DNA from: Zootoca vivipara
Taxonomy: Eukaryota
Assembly: GCF_963506605.1 (NCBI RefSeq)
Contig: NC_083292.1
Span: 12,958,001 to 13,022,000 of the forward strand
DNA: 64,000 bases
Reading direction: 5' to 3'
In this document: in pieces, positions 50,066-62,869 of the stretch
Layout: the number at the start of each line of letters is the position of its first letter
Position numbering within the stretch: the first letter of the stretch is position 1
The notes under the pieces: model-generated
Told to the model about the DNA's origin: nothing
The model's database searches: none
What the model saw: the letters and a program-made list of their open reading frames with translations, nothing else
Program-made: the position numbers and the translations under genes

Positions 50066-50191
50066 GACTCCCTATGCAAGAGCGAAAGAGAGCGGATTAT
50101 GGAGAAGAAGAAGTATGCTCCGGTGTGGGACTTGAGGAAAGGCCCTCCCATAAACTGGTATCTGCCTCTGGATGAAGACAAACCCAAATGA
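50066..50191 (+). CDS. C22orf39: C22orf39 homolog exon 3 (DSLCKSERERI...VWDLRKGPPINWYLPLDEDKPK*)
   Basis: Acceptor ttttccag; TGA at 50189-50191; total CDS 318 nt = 105 aa. Confidence 0.92.
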   Translation, partial: DSLCKSERERIMEKKKYAPVWDLRKGPPINWYLPLDEDKPK

Positions 50192-50665
50192 TGAAGCCCT
50201 GGAATACCAGGTGCTGGACTTCTGGGCGATGACTTCTATGGAATCCTAACACTGTGCTGTATAGAAGAGTTCTCAGCCATAAACCCATGCTCCCAGCAAC
50301 CATATGCTTCGCTATAGTGGTGCTCAATTTATTTATTTTTAAGTACAATCTGTTCTGAACCATTTAGTAAACAGTGTGTTAAAGAGATAATTTTGGGGAG
50401 ATAACACTGTTACAAGTCCCCATACTTGCTAGTTAAGAGGTATATTGTCTCCGAATGTGAATGTACCATTTAACTGTCATGGCAAATGGGCTTTATCCAA
50501 TGTTGTGAGCTGTCCTCTAGCACCCTTTGTGTTTTCCCTCACACAACAATGTTCTAAACAGTACCGTCAGAATACCACTAAGTGACTTTCAGGACAGAAC
50601 TACAATGGACACGATCCTGTAGATTTCTACACGACGAGTGGAGGTGGTTTAGAAGTTCTTGTGTA

Positions 50666-50906
50666 CAGTCAAACCTCGGCTCCAAAACACCTCCGTTTTG
50701 GAACATTTTGGCTCCCAAACGCCGAAAACCCGGAAGTAACTGCTCTGGTTTTCAAATGGTTTTTGGAAGCTGAACGGCTTCCGGGGATTTTTTTTCTTTT
50801 CTCTCCATTGACTTTGCCAACAGCCCTTTGATCCTCGGTTGTCGAACCTTTCAGAAGTCGAACGGTCTTCCGGAACGGATTACGTTCGACAACCGAGGTT
50901 TGACTG
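50666..50906. mobile_element. Tigger-like MITE between C22orf39 and MRPL40
   Basis: TIRs cagtcaaacctcgg...ccgaggtttgactg; TA TSD. Confidence 0.85.
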
Positions 50907-52001
50907 TACTACAAATGCAGCACATACGTTCTGAATATGTGATAAAGCAGGGGCTGCTAACCTGGTGCTGGGGGAGCTGGGGAAGACCTTCATTTGTCAC
51001 CTTGACATGAACCACAGGCTCGCGAGTTTTCATTTTTGAAAAGGTCTCTAGCCTTCCTAGAAAGTTATGAAGCAAAATGTGCAGAAATCCTTCCAATGGA
51101 TTTTTGTGAAATGAGGGAGCCTGGTTGTTCATGCCTGTCTGTGTTTTTAGACAATGAATGATCAGAGCTGTGATTGGTGAGTGAGTTGTTTGGACCGCAA
51201 GTGATAGGAATCCCAAGGCCCTAAAGAACTGCTGTTTCCCTCTTGCTCTTAATGCGCGTTTGCTGCCTATTTTCTACATAACATACAAGAGGTTGGTTAA
51301 GCATCTTCTCGTAGGAAATACAATTATGGGGAAAGCTTCACCAATATATGCCTACCATGTGTTAGGCCACCCTCCTGTGGCAGCTGTTTGGGGACTAGTG
51401 TCCCCAGCACACTCTCAACGGTTGGCAACCCCATGGGATGTACAATCTTCTGACCTCTCCATCTTTGCAATTCCCAGAGTCCTTGTTGTGGGGAGCAGCC
51501 CTACCCACTAGGGCTCAAGAGGGGTTGCTATGAAAAGCTGGAAAGAACCCTTCACTCCTTCTCGCATAGCTTTCCTTAGAATGTAGACCCAGACGCAGTA
51601 ACATATCCTAGATGAACAAATTCTGTTCAAGCTGGTGCTCAGAACAAAGGTGGCTTAACCAATCAATTTCCATCAGCCCCAAACAGCATAACCAACAGTG
51701 AGGAACGATGGGAGTTGTACTCCACACAACAACTGGCAGACCAGAAGTTGGCTACTAATCAGGAAAAAATGGCGGGGGGGAAATCATCATAAAAATGTTG
51801 TTTATGTCACATATTCTTTGCACAAAGAGGAAAGGATAGTGGATGTCTAGAATGTACCCTATTCTAAAAGGGAGGCTTGCTCTTGTGATGTGTTCTATTC
51901 GTTTCTGGTAATTCAGAAGTAATGAATGACCACACATTGTTCATGCTACTGTGTTTTGCATTTGCTGAATCTTCCAGTAGTTCCTTGGCAACGTTTCCGA
52001 A

Positions 52002-52311
52002 TCACTGTGTATATACTTTGGTGATGTCAACACATTTTCCTTCGGGAGCGTCATACTTAGGCAGTGGTGGTGAGTGCATAAGCTCCTGCCTCTCAAAAGG
52101 GAAGAGCCCATCATCTCGCTGAATTGCTGCCTCGTACAGTTCCTCTGATTCAAGGCGCAGTTCTTTTAACGCTGCCTCCTGGGCATCCACAAGGGATTTG
52201 ATTGTACCTTCCTCTGCCTCGTGCTGCTTTTGCCTGTAAAATGACCACTTCTTCAGAAGCAGAGCTCGCCTTTCGCTTTCCTCAGGGGAGAGTGGAGGGG
52301 TGTCTCGCACC
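52002..52311 (-). CDS. MRPL40: MRPL40 exon 4 (VRDTPPLSPEESERRALLLKKW...DITKVYTQ*)
   Basis: 310 nt; total CDS 621 nt = 206 aa. Confidence 0.95.
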
Positions 52312-52681
52312 CTAAAAGAGAAAAACAAAACACAGTTACATACTTGGGGCCAATCAGTTGGAAGATATATATTTTTTACAAGACCTGCACAAGTTCCTGA
52401 GCTGTTAATCCTTGTTTCAGAAGGTGAAACTACGAGAGCTAAAATTTCTTAAGCTCTTGAAGCTCTGGAAAAGAAGCAATTTTAGAAGTGTGCCTGTGTG
52501 GTTATCAGGTCCATTGTGCCGCATTGCAGCTCTGGGTTCTTGACTTTATTGTGAAATATTTCTGTTATATTAAAGCTGAGCAACATCAGTGTCTAATAAT
52601 TCTTTTGCCTTAACAAATACCCTTTGGCTGATCTGTGTACCGGTAATTTGGAGGCATCAACTATCTTTAAGTTACTTAAAC

Positions 52682-52817
52682 CAGTGTTTCCCAACCTTGT
52701 GCCTCCAGATGTTTTGGGACTACAACTCCCATAATCCCGAGCTAGCAAGACCAGTGGTCAGGAATGATGGGAATTGTAGTCCGAAAACAGCTGGAGGCAC
52801 AAGGTTGGGAAACACTG
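52682..52817. mobile_element. Palindromic hAT MITE
   Basis: Exact TSD acttaaac. Confidence 0.88.
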
Positions 52818-53449
52818 ACTTAAACCACACAGAACTGTAATCCTGAAGCAAGGAAACCCATATCATTAATAAGGAATTTGTATGAAAAAGTACTTGCTCT
52901 GCACACAGATGTTCCCCATTTCAATCCCAGACATCTCCATGTAGGGCAGGGAAAGATGTGAAGTGAGCTGTTACCAGTAAGCATAGACAATTCTAAGACA
53001 GATGGACCAAGGGTCTGAGACAGGCAGCATGCTATATTCACCATATTTTGTCTTCACATGAAAATAGCTACTGATTGCTGAAACTTTCAGTGCTATTTAA
53101 TATCCAGTCCTCTTCTTGAACATGTCAATGAATCAGAAGTTGAACTGAACTCAGATACATTAGTCTCAAGCTAGCACTGGCTTCATTTGGACAAACATAT
53201 CCCATATTATGAACTACAAGTATTTTGATTATGCATACAACCCCTTCTTCTCCTTCCTGGACAACAGACCTCAATGTAATAAAGAAATATCCAATTACTC
53301 ATGGTTTCCTTTTTTGTCTGAACTTAGGAAAATAGGTTTACCAGCTTCAGAACAAGCCACGATCTTAAACCTCCTTCAAACCGTGATTTAAAATTCTGGC
53401 TTGTTCCAAGGCTAATAACCACCTATGTCCCTAGTCTGGATGAAATGGG

Positions 53450-53930
53450 AATCATAGAATTGTAGAGTTGGAAGGTACCCCAAGGGTCATCTAGTCCAAC
53501 CTCCTGCAATGCAGGAATCTCAACTAATGCATCACAGATTGCCAGCCATCTGCTTAAAACCTCCAAGGAAGGAGAGTTCTTCAGTTCTCGTGGGAATCTG
53601 TTCCACTGTCAAACAGCTCTTATCATCTGAAAGTTCTTCCTGATGTTTAGTCAGAATCTCCTTTCTTGTCACTTGAAGTCATTGTTTTGGGTCCTACCTC
53701 TGAAGCTGGAGAAAATAAGCTTGCTCCATCTTCTATGTGACAGCCCTTCAGATATTTGAAGACAGCTATCGTATATTCTCTAAGTCTCTTCCAGACTAAA
53801 CATATCCAACTCCCTCAGCTATTAAAGGCTTGGTTTCCAGACCCTTTATAATCTTGGTTGCCCTCCTCTGCACATGTTCCAGCTTGTCAGTATCCCCCTT
53901 AAATTGTGACGCCCAGAACTGGACACAGAA
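53450..53930 (-). mobile_element. Older CR1 LINE 3' fragment
   Basis: Degenerate CR1 3' sequence with aatcatagaat tail. Confidence 0.75.
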
Positions 53931-54259
53931 ACAATGGTTAGTTGGATGCCACTGCCATTCACTGAGACATGCCCCATAAAGGGTGTATCATGCAAACGGA
54001 TGAGAGAAGGGTCCGTGTATGCAAGGAAAATACTTGGCTTATTGAATTGAAATATGATTGCCCAAATGCAGCCAAAGTATAAACTGCCCCCTCTTTCAAT
54101 CATGCACACAATTTAGTTTTTTCACGTAACTAAATCAGATTAATACTCATACTCCAGAATCACTTCCCTTACAGAGAACAAAATACTGGAAATCTGCTTT
54201 GCAAACCATGCAAAATATATTGCAGCCACACTGTATGCATGGGAATCCCTGATAATTAC

Positions 54260-54415
54260 CTTTTCTCATCTAGAAATCTGAACGGTGTTATAAAGTCTTC
54301 AATAGGAATTAGTTCGTGAGGGGCTTTTTGTAATTTTTTTATTTTCTTCCTCAACCGCTCTCTCATGGCTATCTCTCTCTTTGGATCCACCTTCTTCTTC
54401 TTCCTTGGTTCTGCT
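54260..54415 (-). CDS. MRPL40: MRPL40 exon 3 ([14 protein letters not shown]...[11 protein letters not shown]...DEK)
   Basis: AG/GT; 156 nt; ELIPIEDF motif. Confidence 0.95.
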
Positions 54416-55016
54416 CTAATGGGGAGAGAAAAACAATTCAAAGAGTTCTTATCAGCAATTATAGGCATGCAACATTATCACTCAGGCCTACTATATACTA
54501 CATACCAACAATGCCTCTGAACGATTACCTTGATGGTTTCAAAAACAGGCTGGGCCGAAAACATTTCAAACTATACGTTAGATTGCAGGATTGGTGAGCC
54601 TGTATCCTTCCAGACATTGGACTACAACTCCCATCATCTCTGTCCACTGGCCATGTTGGATGGGAGTTGGGAGTCCAACTACATCTGGAGAGGCAACAGG
54701 TTCCCCGTCCCTGTTTTATTGGATCACCCATGAAATACACAGAACTCTTCTTAAATGCACAATGCTACACGTTTCTTTAAAAATAAGTCTTGCGGTATTC
54801 AGCTGGGTTGACTCCCAGGTAAATGTGACTAAGATTTTAGCCTTAGAACCCCCCTGCAATGTAGGAATCTATTTGCCCAACATGGGGCTCGAAACCTGGT
54901 GACCTGGATTCAGATCCCCACTCAGCTACAAAGCTTACTGGTGACCTTGGGCCAGTCGCACTCACTCTCACAGGCTTGTTGTGTAACTATATGGTCAAAG
55001 CTGACTTGGGTTTTAC

Positions 55017-55100
55017 CTCATAGGTAGTGCTGCCCTCAATCCAAGAAGTGAAGACTGCCAGTGGTTCGCTCGACCTTGAACATTCCAGATTAGCTGAGAA
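55017..55100 (-). CDS. MRPL40: MRPL40 exon 2 (SQLIWNVQGRANHWQSSLLGLRAALPM)
   Basis: AG/GT; 84 nt; ends in PMR. Confidence 0.85.
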
Positions 55101-55283
55101 CTAAGAAATAAGCAATATTACATTCATTCCCATATTAATATATCACACCCAAAAGCAAAGATTACAGGCATCACCCAACACCCCATTTAAATCCAGCTTG
55201 GCCTCCTCTATACCTTCTTTGTGCCCCTAGTGCCCCAATCGTGGGCAACTTCCAGTGACAAACCCAACTGCAAACCCTTCTTC

Positions 55284-55732
55284 ACTTCACATGAGTCAGC
55301 AGTGTGATGCAGCAGCTAAAAAAGCCAATGCAATTCTGGGCTTCATCAATAGGACTATAGCATCTAGATCTAGGGAAATAATAGTACCACTGTATTCTGC
55401 TCTGGTCAGACCTCACCTGGAGTACTGTGTCCAGTTCTGGGCACCACAGTTCAAGAAGGATATTGACAAGCTGGAACGTGTCCAGAAGAGGGCAACGACA
55501 ACTACATGAAAGAAGATTCCACCTAAACATTAGGAAGAACTTCCTGACAGTAAGAGCTGTTCGGCAGTGGAATTTGCTACCAAGGAGTGTGGTGGAGTCT
55601 CCTTCTTTGGAGGTCTTTAAGCAGAGGCTTGACAGGCATACGTCAGGAATGCTTTGATGGTGTTTCCTGCTTGGCAGGGGGTTGGACTGGATGGCCCTTG
55701 TGGTCTCTTCCAACTCTATGATTCTATGATTC
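55284..55732 (+). mobile_element. CR1 LINE 3' fragment with internal deletion
   Basis: [17 protein letters not shown]...[15 protein letters not shown] joined to the terminal segment; ATTCTATG tail. Confidence 0.88.
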
Positions 55733-56050
55733 TGGATGGTCATTTCTTCCACTCCTGTTTGCAAATGTTTCAAACCAACTTATTGAAGCTAAGGCATAAA
55801 GGACTGTGAATTGGGCCCATCAGGTTTTGTTGTGTCCCCCCCCCTTTTTTTGTCTGACATAGCCACTGCGGGCTGGACTAAGCAATGGTGTCTCACCATT
55901 TGCCCAGTGCACGGCAATGTCCCAGGAGCAACCTAAGTACTGTATTTGAAACCGTCAATACATAGCAACCATAGAATGGAATCTCAGAATCGTTCAGTTG
56001 GAAAGGACCACAAGGGTCATCAAGTCCAAGCCCCTGCAATACAGAAAATA

Positions 56051-56430
56051 GGAACGCAGATGGCGCTGTGGTCTAAACCACTGAGGCTCTTTGGCTTGCC
56101 GGTCGGAAGGTTGGCGGTTCGAATTCCCATGACGGAGTGAGCTCCCGTTGCTCTGTCCCAACTCCTGCCAACCTAGCAGTTTGAAAGCACACCAGTGCAA
56201 GTAGATAAATAGGTACCACTGCGGTGGGAAGGTAAATAAATAGTGTTTCCGTGCACTCTGGTCTCCATCACGGTGTCCCGTTGCACCAGAAGCATTTTAG
56301 TCATGCTGGGCACATGACCCAGAAAAGCTGTATGCGGACAAACGCTGGATCCCTCTGCCTGAAGTGAGATGAGCGCCGCAACCCCACAGTCGCCTTTGAC
56401 TGGACTTAACCATCCAGTGGTCCTTTACCT
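56051..56430 (+). mobile_element. Sauria SINE
   Basis: Head ggcgctgtggtctaaacc...ggttcgaat; tail cctttacctt. Confidence 0.85.
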
Positions 56431-56792
56431 TAATGCAGAAATATTTAGCCTCACATGGGGCTTGAACCCTCAACCCTGAGATCAAGAGCCTCATGCTCTA
56501 ATGACTGTACTATCCCAGCCTGAATGATTCAGACAATGATCTATTTTTTTTAATTAAAAAAAAACATTTTAAAAAGGCACCTCCATGCCCCAGTGCAGTC
56601 TACTCTGCTTGAATGACAAACCTACTAATTTTCTTGCAAGCTCAATGTTGGAAAGAGGACACTGGTCTACACGGATTCTTGGCCTGATATTAGCAGGCAC
56701 ACCTTTTATGTACTGTATCTGGAGACACACGAGGAAACATTTTCCTTTTGACAGGTGATGGATGGATCAGCCCTCCCATCCTGCCCCCCATC

Positions 56793-57171
56793 CAGTGCCA
56801 GATTTATATGTAAGCTAAACAAACTATAGCTTAGGGCCCCACTCTCTTGGGGCCCCCAAAAAATGTAAAGGGGAAAAAACTGGATGTACATTTCCAATAT
56901 ATAAGATAAAAAAACGAATAAAATAAAACCAACATACAGCAACAGCGTTTTGTGTTGTGTAGGCTCCTATGTAAGTAATGGGCCCCCAATCATTTTAAGT
57001 CAGGGCTTAATTATTACCGTATTTCACTATTAATATACTTCTTCTTAGTTGCATTTCAGTTCAACAATTACTTTGATAAAATACATATTTTGTTATGTGC
57101 AAATGGCTTTAGACACCTATTAGGTCCATAAATTACCATATAGCATATATTCAACACAAAAAACTACCCTG
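56793..57171. mobile_element. Internally deleted hAT-type element abutting the MRPL40 exon 1 donor
   Basis: Left TIR cagtgccagattta; remnant right end ccctg; imperfect TSD cccccatc/ccccctac. Confidence 0.65.
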
Positions 57172-57179
57172 CCCCCTAC

Positions 57180-57250
57180 CTAAGTAAAGAGCTTCCTGCC
57201 CCGCTGCGAAGGAGGCTCAGCGCCCCAGAAGCGACAACCTGGCCCAACAT
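57180..57250 (-). CDS. MRPL40: MRPL40 exon 1 (MLGQVVASGALSLLRSGAGSSLL), mitochondrial presequence
   Basis: ATG at 57250; donor GTAGGG; 71 nt; phase matches exon 2. Confidence 0.8.
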
Positions 57251-57430
57251 GCCTCTCCTCCGATCTTCAGCGCAGCGAACCTTCCCAAGTGCAGCAGCGC
57301 ACAAGGTCTCTCCGTTCCGGAAGGGGACACTTCCGGCATTGCACAACGGTCCTGCCGCCATTGAGGTCCTCCCCACTCACGAGGTCTGGCACAAAGGTTC
57401 CGGGCAGGGGAAAACCGACCCGGTTTGGAG
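57251..57430 (-). promoter_or_regulatory. MRPL40 5' UTR and proximal promoter with clustered ETS/GABP sites
   Basis: TTCCGGAAG at ~57316, ACTTCCGG at ~57330, TTCCGG at ~57398. Confidence 0.6.
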
Positions 57431-57611
57431 TTGTTTTCCCGTTAATAAAAGAGCTTTAAGTCTACAGGTTGTCTTCCATTCTTTTATTGGCTATCCCAGA
57501 CATTTGGGGAATTTAGGTTATATTAATCTGGGAACAGTAGAAAACCAAGGCTCCAATTCTTTAGCTGTTATTGTTGTTGTATATATTTATTTACTTTGAA
57601 GAATCATATCT

Positions 57612-57943
57612 AGGTAAAGGGACCCCTGACAGGTCCAGTTGTAGACGACTCTGAGGTTGCGGCGCTCATCTCGCTTTACTGGCCAAGGGAGCCGGCATAC
57701 AGCTTTCGGGTCATGTAGCCAGCATGACTAAGCTACTTCTGGTGAACCAGATCAGCGCACGGAAACGGCGTTTACCTTCCCGCCAGAGTGGTACCTATTT
57801 ATCTACGTGCACTGGCGTGCTTTCGAACTGCTAGGTTGGCAGGAGTAGGGCCAGAGCAACGGGAGCTCACCCCGTCATGGGAATTCGAACCGCTGATCGG
57901 CAAGCCCTAGGCTCTCTGGTTTAGACCACAGTGCCACCCGCAT
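57612..57943 (-). mobile_element. Sauria SINE
   Basis: Colinear with 6420-6769; BovB inserted at its 5' end. Confidence 0.85.
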
Positions 57944-58679
57944 GTTGTTGTTTAGTCGTTTAGTCGTGTCCGACTCTTCGTGACCCCATGGACCAGAGCA
58001 CGCCAGGCACTCCTGTCTTCCACTGCCTCCCGCAATTTGGTCAAACTCATGTTCGTAGCTTCGAGAACACTGTCCAACCATCTCGTCCTCTGTCGTCCCC
58101 TTCTCCTAGTGCCCTCAATCTTTCCCAACATCAAGGTCTTTTCCAGGGAGTCTTCTCTTCTCATGAGGTGGCCAAAGTATTGGAGCCTCAGCTTCACGAT
58201 CGGTCCTTCCAGGGAGCACTCAGGGCTGATTTCCTTAAGAATGGATAGGTTTGATCTTCTTGCAGTCCATGGGACTCTCAAGAGTCTCCTCCAGCACCAT
58301 AATTCAAAAGCATCATTTCTTTGGTGATCAGCCTTCTTTATGGTCCAGCTCTCACTTCCATACATCACTACTGGGAAAACCATAGCTTTAACTATACGGA
58401 CCTTTGTCGGCAAGGTGATGTCTCTGCTTTTTAAGATGCTGTCTAGGTTTGTCATTGCTTTTCTCCCCTTCATGGATCAATGCCCCTTCATGGATCAATG
58501 CCTTGTCGTGGCGAAGGGGCTTGAATAACTCAGAGAAGCTATGAGCTATGCCATGCAGGGCCACCCAAGATGGACAGGTCATAGTGGAGAGTTTTGACTA
58601 AACGTGATCCACCTGGAGAAGGAACTGGCAAGCCACTCCAGTATCCCTGCCAAGAAAACTCCATGAACAAAGACAACAG
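57944..58679 (-). mobile_element. BovB/RTE LINE remnant with RT C-terminal fragment plus inverted 5' module
   Basis: ORF 57952-58473 (YGSESWT...DAFELWCWRRLLRVPW...GRQRTRWLD); 11-bp TSD gccacccgcat. Confidence 0.92.
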
Positions 58680-58719
58680 GCCACCCGCATATAGATTAAT
58701 TAAAAAACGTCCTCAGCAG

Positions 58720-59057
58720 TACAGATATTTGGCATTTTTTTAAAAGGCTGTTGCAATGGTTGGTGAGTGCAACAAGTAACAATGGAACGAAAAAGGCTGT
58801 TTGCCCCCGGCCCCCTCCAAAATAATAATTTTAAAATGTTCATAAGATGAAAACTGCTTAATTGGAATTTTAAAATGGACCCAGTGCGGGGGGAATTGAG
58901 GAAGTCAACAATGTTAAGTAAATAATATAAGATTTGAGATGTTTTTCTTTTTTATGTTTTCTCTTAGTACACCCCCCCCCCCCGGTTTTGAGTTTTTTTG
59001 TGTGTGTGTGTGTGTTTTGTATTTGGAAAATGAATAAAAATTATTTGAAATATAATA

Positions 59058-59104
<47 letters not shown>

Positions 59105-59105
59105 T
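58720..59105 (+). mobile_element. Probable L1-type LINE 3' end with (AAT)n tail
   Basis: G-rich gaggaagtc motif, T-rich tract, AATAAA, then (AAT)n. Confidence 0.5.
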
Positions 59106-60187
59106 TTATAATGTTAGCAAGCAGCGCACAGGGCATCCTCCATAATAACACTTCAGCAAAACTCAATTACAGTAGGAGACAAGATAAATAAGACCAGGGA
59201 AAACTGCTTACATTGAAAGATATAAAAGGATAAGATCATCAGTAGTAAGCACATTGTACATGTTGGGAATGCATTAGTAATACCGATGTTAAGTATTCCT
59301 GATTTTTACATAGTATGAGGAAGGATGTTGTGGATTGTCTTCCTTATAATTAACCAAAAAAAACCCTCCCATTTGAAGTTAACTTGTCTGTCTTCGACGT
59401 ACCATGGAAAACTCACAATTTGGAGGTTAGTGTCTAGTTTCTCCATAAATGCAATATGCCACACTTTGTGGTACCAGTTCTAAGCACAGTAGCAGCCTGA
59501 TAGTGCAGTCCTATTCATATCTACCCAGAAGTTAAAACGCCACTAACTCGGTGGGACTTACTCCTGTGCATAGTGTTGCAGTCTAAATCAATTCCCTTTA
59601 AATACTTTTAAGAAAGGTCTGAAATCCTATTTTAATAGGACAATTTCATGTAATGAAAGTCTATATAAGGATTGTAGTCAGTTCATTATATATTGTAGTC
59701 GACTTAGTAAATCTGCATTCGTTTGCATATGAGGGGGAGCAATATTTGTTGCACATGGGAAAGTAACAGTTCTAAAGCAGAGATGAGGAACCAACGTGAC
59801 TGGATTACGACTTTCATCAGGCACAGTCAGCATGCTCAATGGTCGGGGTGATGGGAATTGGATTCCAATAACAGCTGGAGGAAGTCGCATACCTGTGTTG
59901 GCCTGGAAGGGTAACATTTCATGTTATATTCAATGCAACACTGTTGGTCACTTAATGGTGCAGTATTCATGTTCCGCTCAAGAAATGTTTTGTCCTGGAA
60001 TAACACTGTTGCACAAGAGAACGCATAAGGTTGCTGGTAACTTCGTTGCACATTAGACTGGGCAATCTCTTGCGTTAGATTCCTCTGTCGCGCAACATTT
60101 TGAATCTCTTTGATAAGGAGATAGGCCAGGCTCAGGCCAGTGTTTAACAAAGTGTCCATAATGTATGAGATCTGGAAGTATGCTGTA

Positions 60188-60614
60188 CAGTGGTACCTCG
60201 GTTTATGAACACAATTGGTTCTGGAAGTCTGTTCATAAACTGAAGCGTTCATAAACTGAAGCGAACTTTCCCATTGAAAGTAATTGAAAGTGGATTAATC
60301 CGTTCCAGGCGGTCCGCAGAGTACTTAAACTGAAGCGTTCATAAACTGAAGCGAACTTTCCCATTGAAAGTAATGGAAAGTGGATTAATCCGTTCCAGAC
60401 GGGTCCACGGAGTACTCAACCTGAAGCGTATTTAACCTGAAGCATGGGTGTAATTGGTTCCAGAAGTCTGTTCATAAACTGAAGCGTTCATAAACTGAAG
60501 TGAACTGTCCCATTGGAAGTAATGGAAAGTGAATTAATCCGTTCCAGGTGGGTCCGCGGCGTTTGTAAACTGAAAATTCATAAACCGAGGTGTTCGTAAA
60601 CTGAGGTTCCACTG
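60188..60614. mobile_element. Tigger-like MITE with internal tandem amplification
   Basis: Same ends as 9647-9818, with the core repeated three times. Confidence 0.85.
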
Positions 60615-60951
60615 TACTGTACTGTACATGAAAAGTGAGGCATGCTTTTTCACAGTGCGCTAGTATATGAGAGATTTGTTATAGCATAGCAGGTGCTATA
60701 AATTTAGACCAGAGATGCAAAAAATGCAAAACTGATTTTTTTTTTACTTTATTTATGGTGGAAATGCACCAAGGCAAATAAATTTTGGATACCATAAGAG
60801 GTAATGGAAATAAAAAAATGCAAGTACAAAGAGAAAACAAAATTTTATTTTATTTATTATTTAAAAAACATACCTGCACATTTCTGAGAGTTAATGTTGT
60901 ATATTGGGGTGGAAAACCTTTGGCCTGCAGGCCAATCTTGGCTGACTAGAG

Positions 60952-61319
60952 CAGGGGTCCCCAGACTTACCCGCCTTTGGGCTGGAGGGCAGGGGAGTGC
61001 GCACCCGTGCGCATGCGCACACACACTTACTGGCGCGGTGGCACGCTTCCAGGTCGGGAAAAATCGCTGAAAATCGTTTGTACGCATGCGTATGGGCCTC
61101 CCCCGACCCGGAAGTGCACCGGAAATGACCTCTTCTGGGTCGGGAGAGGCCTATATGCATGCTCAGAAATGATTTTCGGTGATTTTTTCCCGATCTGGAA
61201 GCGTGGCGGCGGCAGCAGGCGGCAGAAGAGCGGGCGGCGGCAGCGGGGGTCGTCGCAGGCCGGATTGGGAGGCCAATTGAGCCGCATCTGGTCCGCGGGC
61301 CATAGTCTGGGGACCCCTA
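60952..61319. mobile_element. CpG-rich hAT MITE, family of 30608-30962
   Basis: Exact TSD gactagag. Confidence 0.85.
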
Positions 61320-61989
61320 GACTAGAGTGTCGAATTTGACCAGTGATGCTATTTCCCCCAAATTGTGCCCACTTGCCAATCAACCAACATAATTTGTGCA
61401 TATGACAATCTAGATGAATGTTGGCATCAAGCTTTGTTATGCAAATATTGGAAACAATATTCAGTTTTGACAATGGTTGAATGGGACTAAAAGTTGCAAT
61501 GATATGTTGCAAGTTTAAGAAGGTCAACAGAAACAACAGAAACATATACAGAATTGGGAATCCTTTATTATATTTTTGTATACAGCAGCGTATTCTTCAA
61601 AAGGTGTTATGTACTTTATGAGATGTTGTAAAGTATATACTGTACTTAATAAAGTTTATGTAATTTTATGGATTATGATTTGGGATATATGGGATTCAAA
61701 GACTTTATTAGACAGTTTTAAAGATGAATTTAAATAGAATTAATGCAGAGCTACCTGAACACTCTTACTCTCAGTTGTGGTTAAGTTTAGTTGAAATTAA
61801 AACTACTTACTTCTAAGTAAACATGCACAAAATTGTAAAATTCAATAATTAGTCACTCAAGCCCTTCATAAAATCATATAATTATAGAGGAGGAAAAAAT
61901 GACAAAAGGTTTATTTTCTATTTATTATTTGCTTGAGGTCGGGTGTGTCTGTGCTGCCTCCTCTCTCAGCCTAAAGTTTCCATCTAGAC

Positions 61990-62125
61990 CAGGCATAGGC
62001 AACCTTGGCTCTCCAGATGTTTTGGAACTACAACTCCCATGATCCCTGACCATTGGGCCTGTTAGCTAGGGGTCATGGGAGTTGTAGTTCCAAAACATCT
62101 GGAGAGCCAAGGTTGCCTATGCCTG
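61990..62125. mobile_element. Palindromic hAT MITE
   Basis: Long near-perfect TIRs; target nTCTAGAn. Confidence 0.85.
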
Positions 62126-62869
62126 GTCTAGAATATGGGGAATAATACCAACTGGGATTGTTGTGAGGAAGTCAACAGTATGTATACAGTACAGCAGAGA
62201 TTGAGAGCCTGTAGTGCTCTTCAGTCACTCTTGGACTCCCAACTTCCACCAGCCCCGGCCAGCATAATAAACAGCCAGGGATAATGGAAGCTGTAGCCCT
62301 ACAAAAACCGGAGGTCCACACCTGATACATGAAGGTATTTAAACACCTGCTATATCCAAGATGTTGCTGGACCCCCAACTCCCAATACTGAGGTTCCTGC
62401 AGCATTTAGAGGGCCGCAGGCGGGTCTTGAAGCAACTTCATACACCTGTGGCCTTGTAGATGTTGTTGGACACCCAATGCACTCGGTCCCAGATAGGAAG
62501 TCCGATAGTCTAATTCTCTCAGAATATTGGACTTGCTATCTGGGACCGAGTGAATTGGGAGTCCAACAACATCTAGAAGGCCACAGGTGTATGAAGGCCA
62601 CAGGTGTATGAAGTTGCTACACTCTTGTAGGCCGATAGGTTTCCCGTCTTTGATACAGGGAGTTTCAAAAAAACTTCACACACCAGGAGGAGGGAACCTG
62701 TGGCCTTCCAGATGTTGCTGGAATCCCAACTCCCATCACTCCAAGACAGCAAGTCCAATAGTTGGAGATGATGAGAGTATTGGGTGTGGGTGTGTCCTCC
62801 TGCAGCATCTGGAGGACCACAGGTTTCCCAATTTGGCAGGTCTTGAAGCAACTTCATACCCCAGGAGTA

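Noticed and set aside
57952-58473. 173-aa RT-like ORF as a host gene
   Set aside because: It is the C-terminal fragment of a truncated BovB copy; its start codon comes from the inversion junction.
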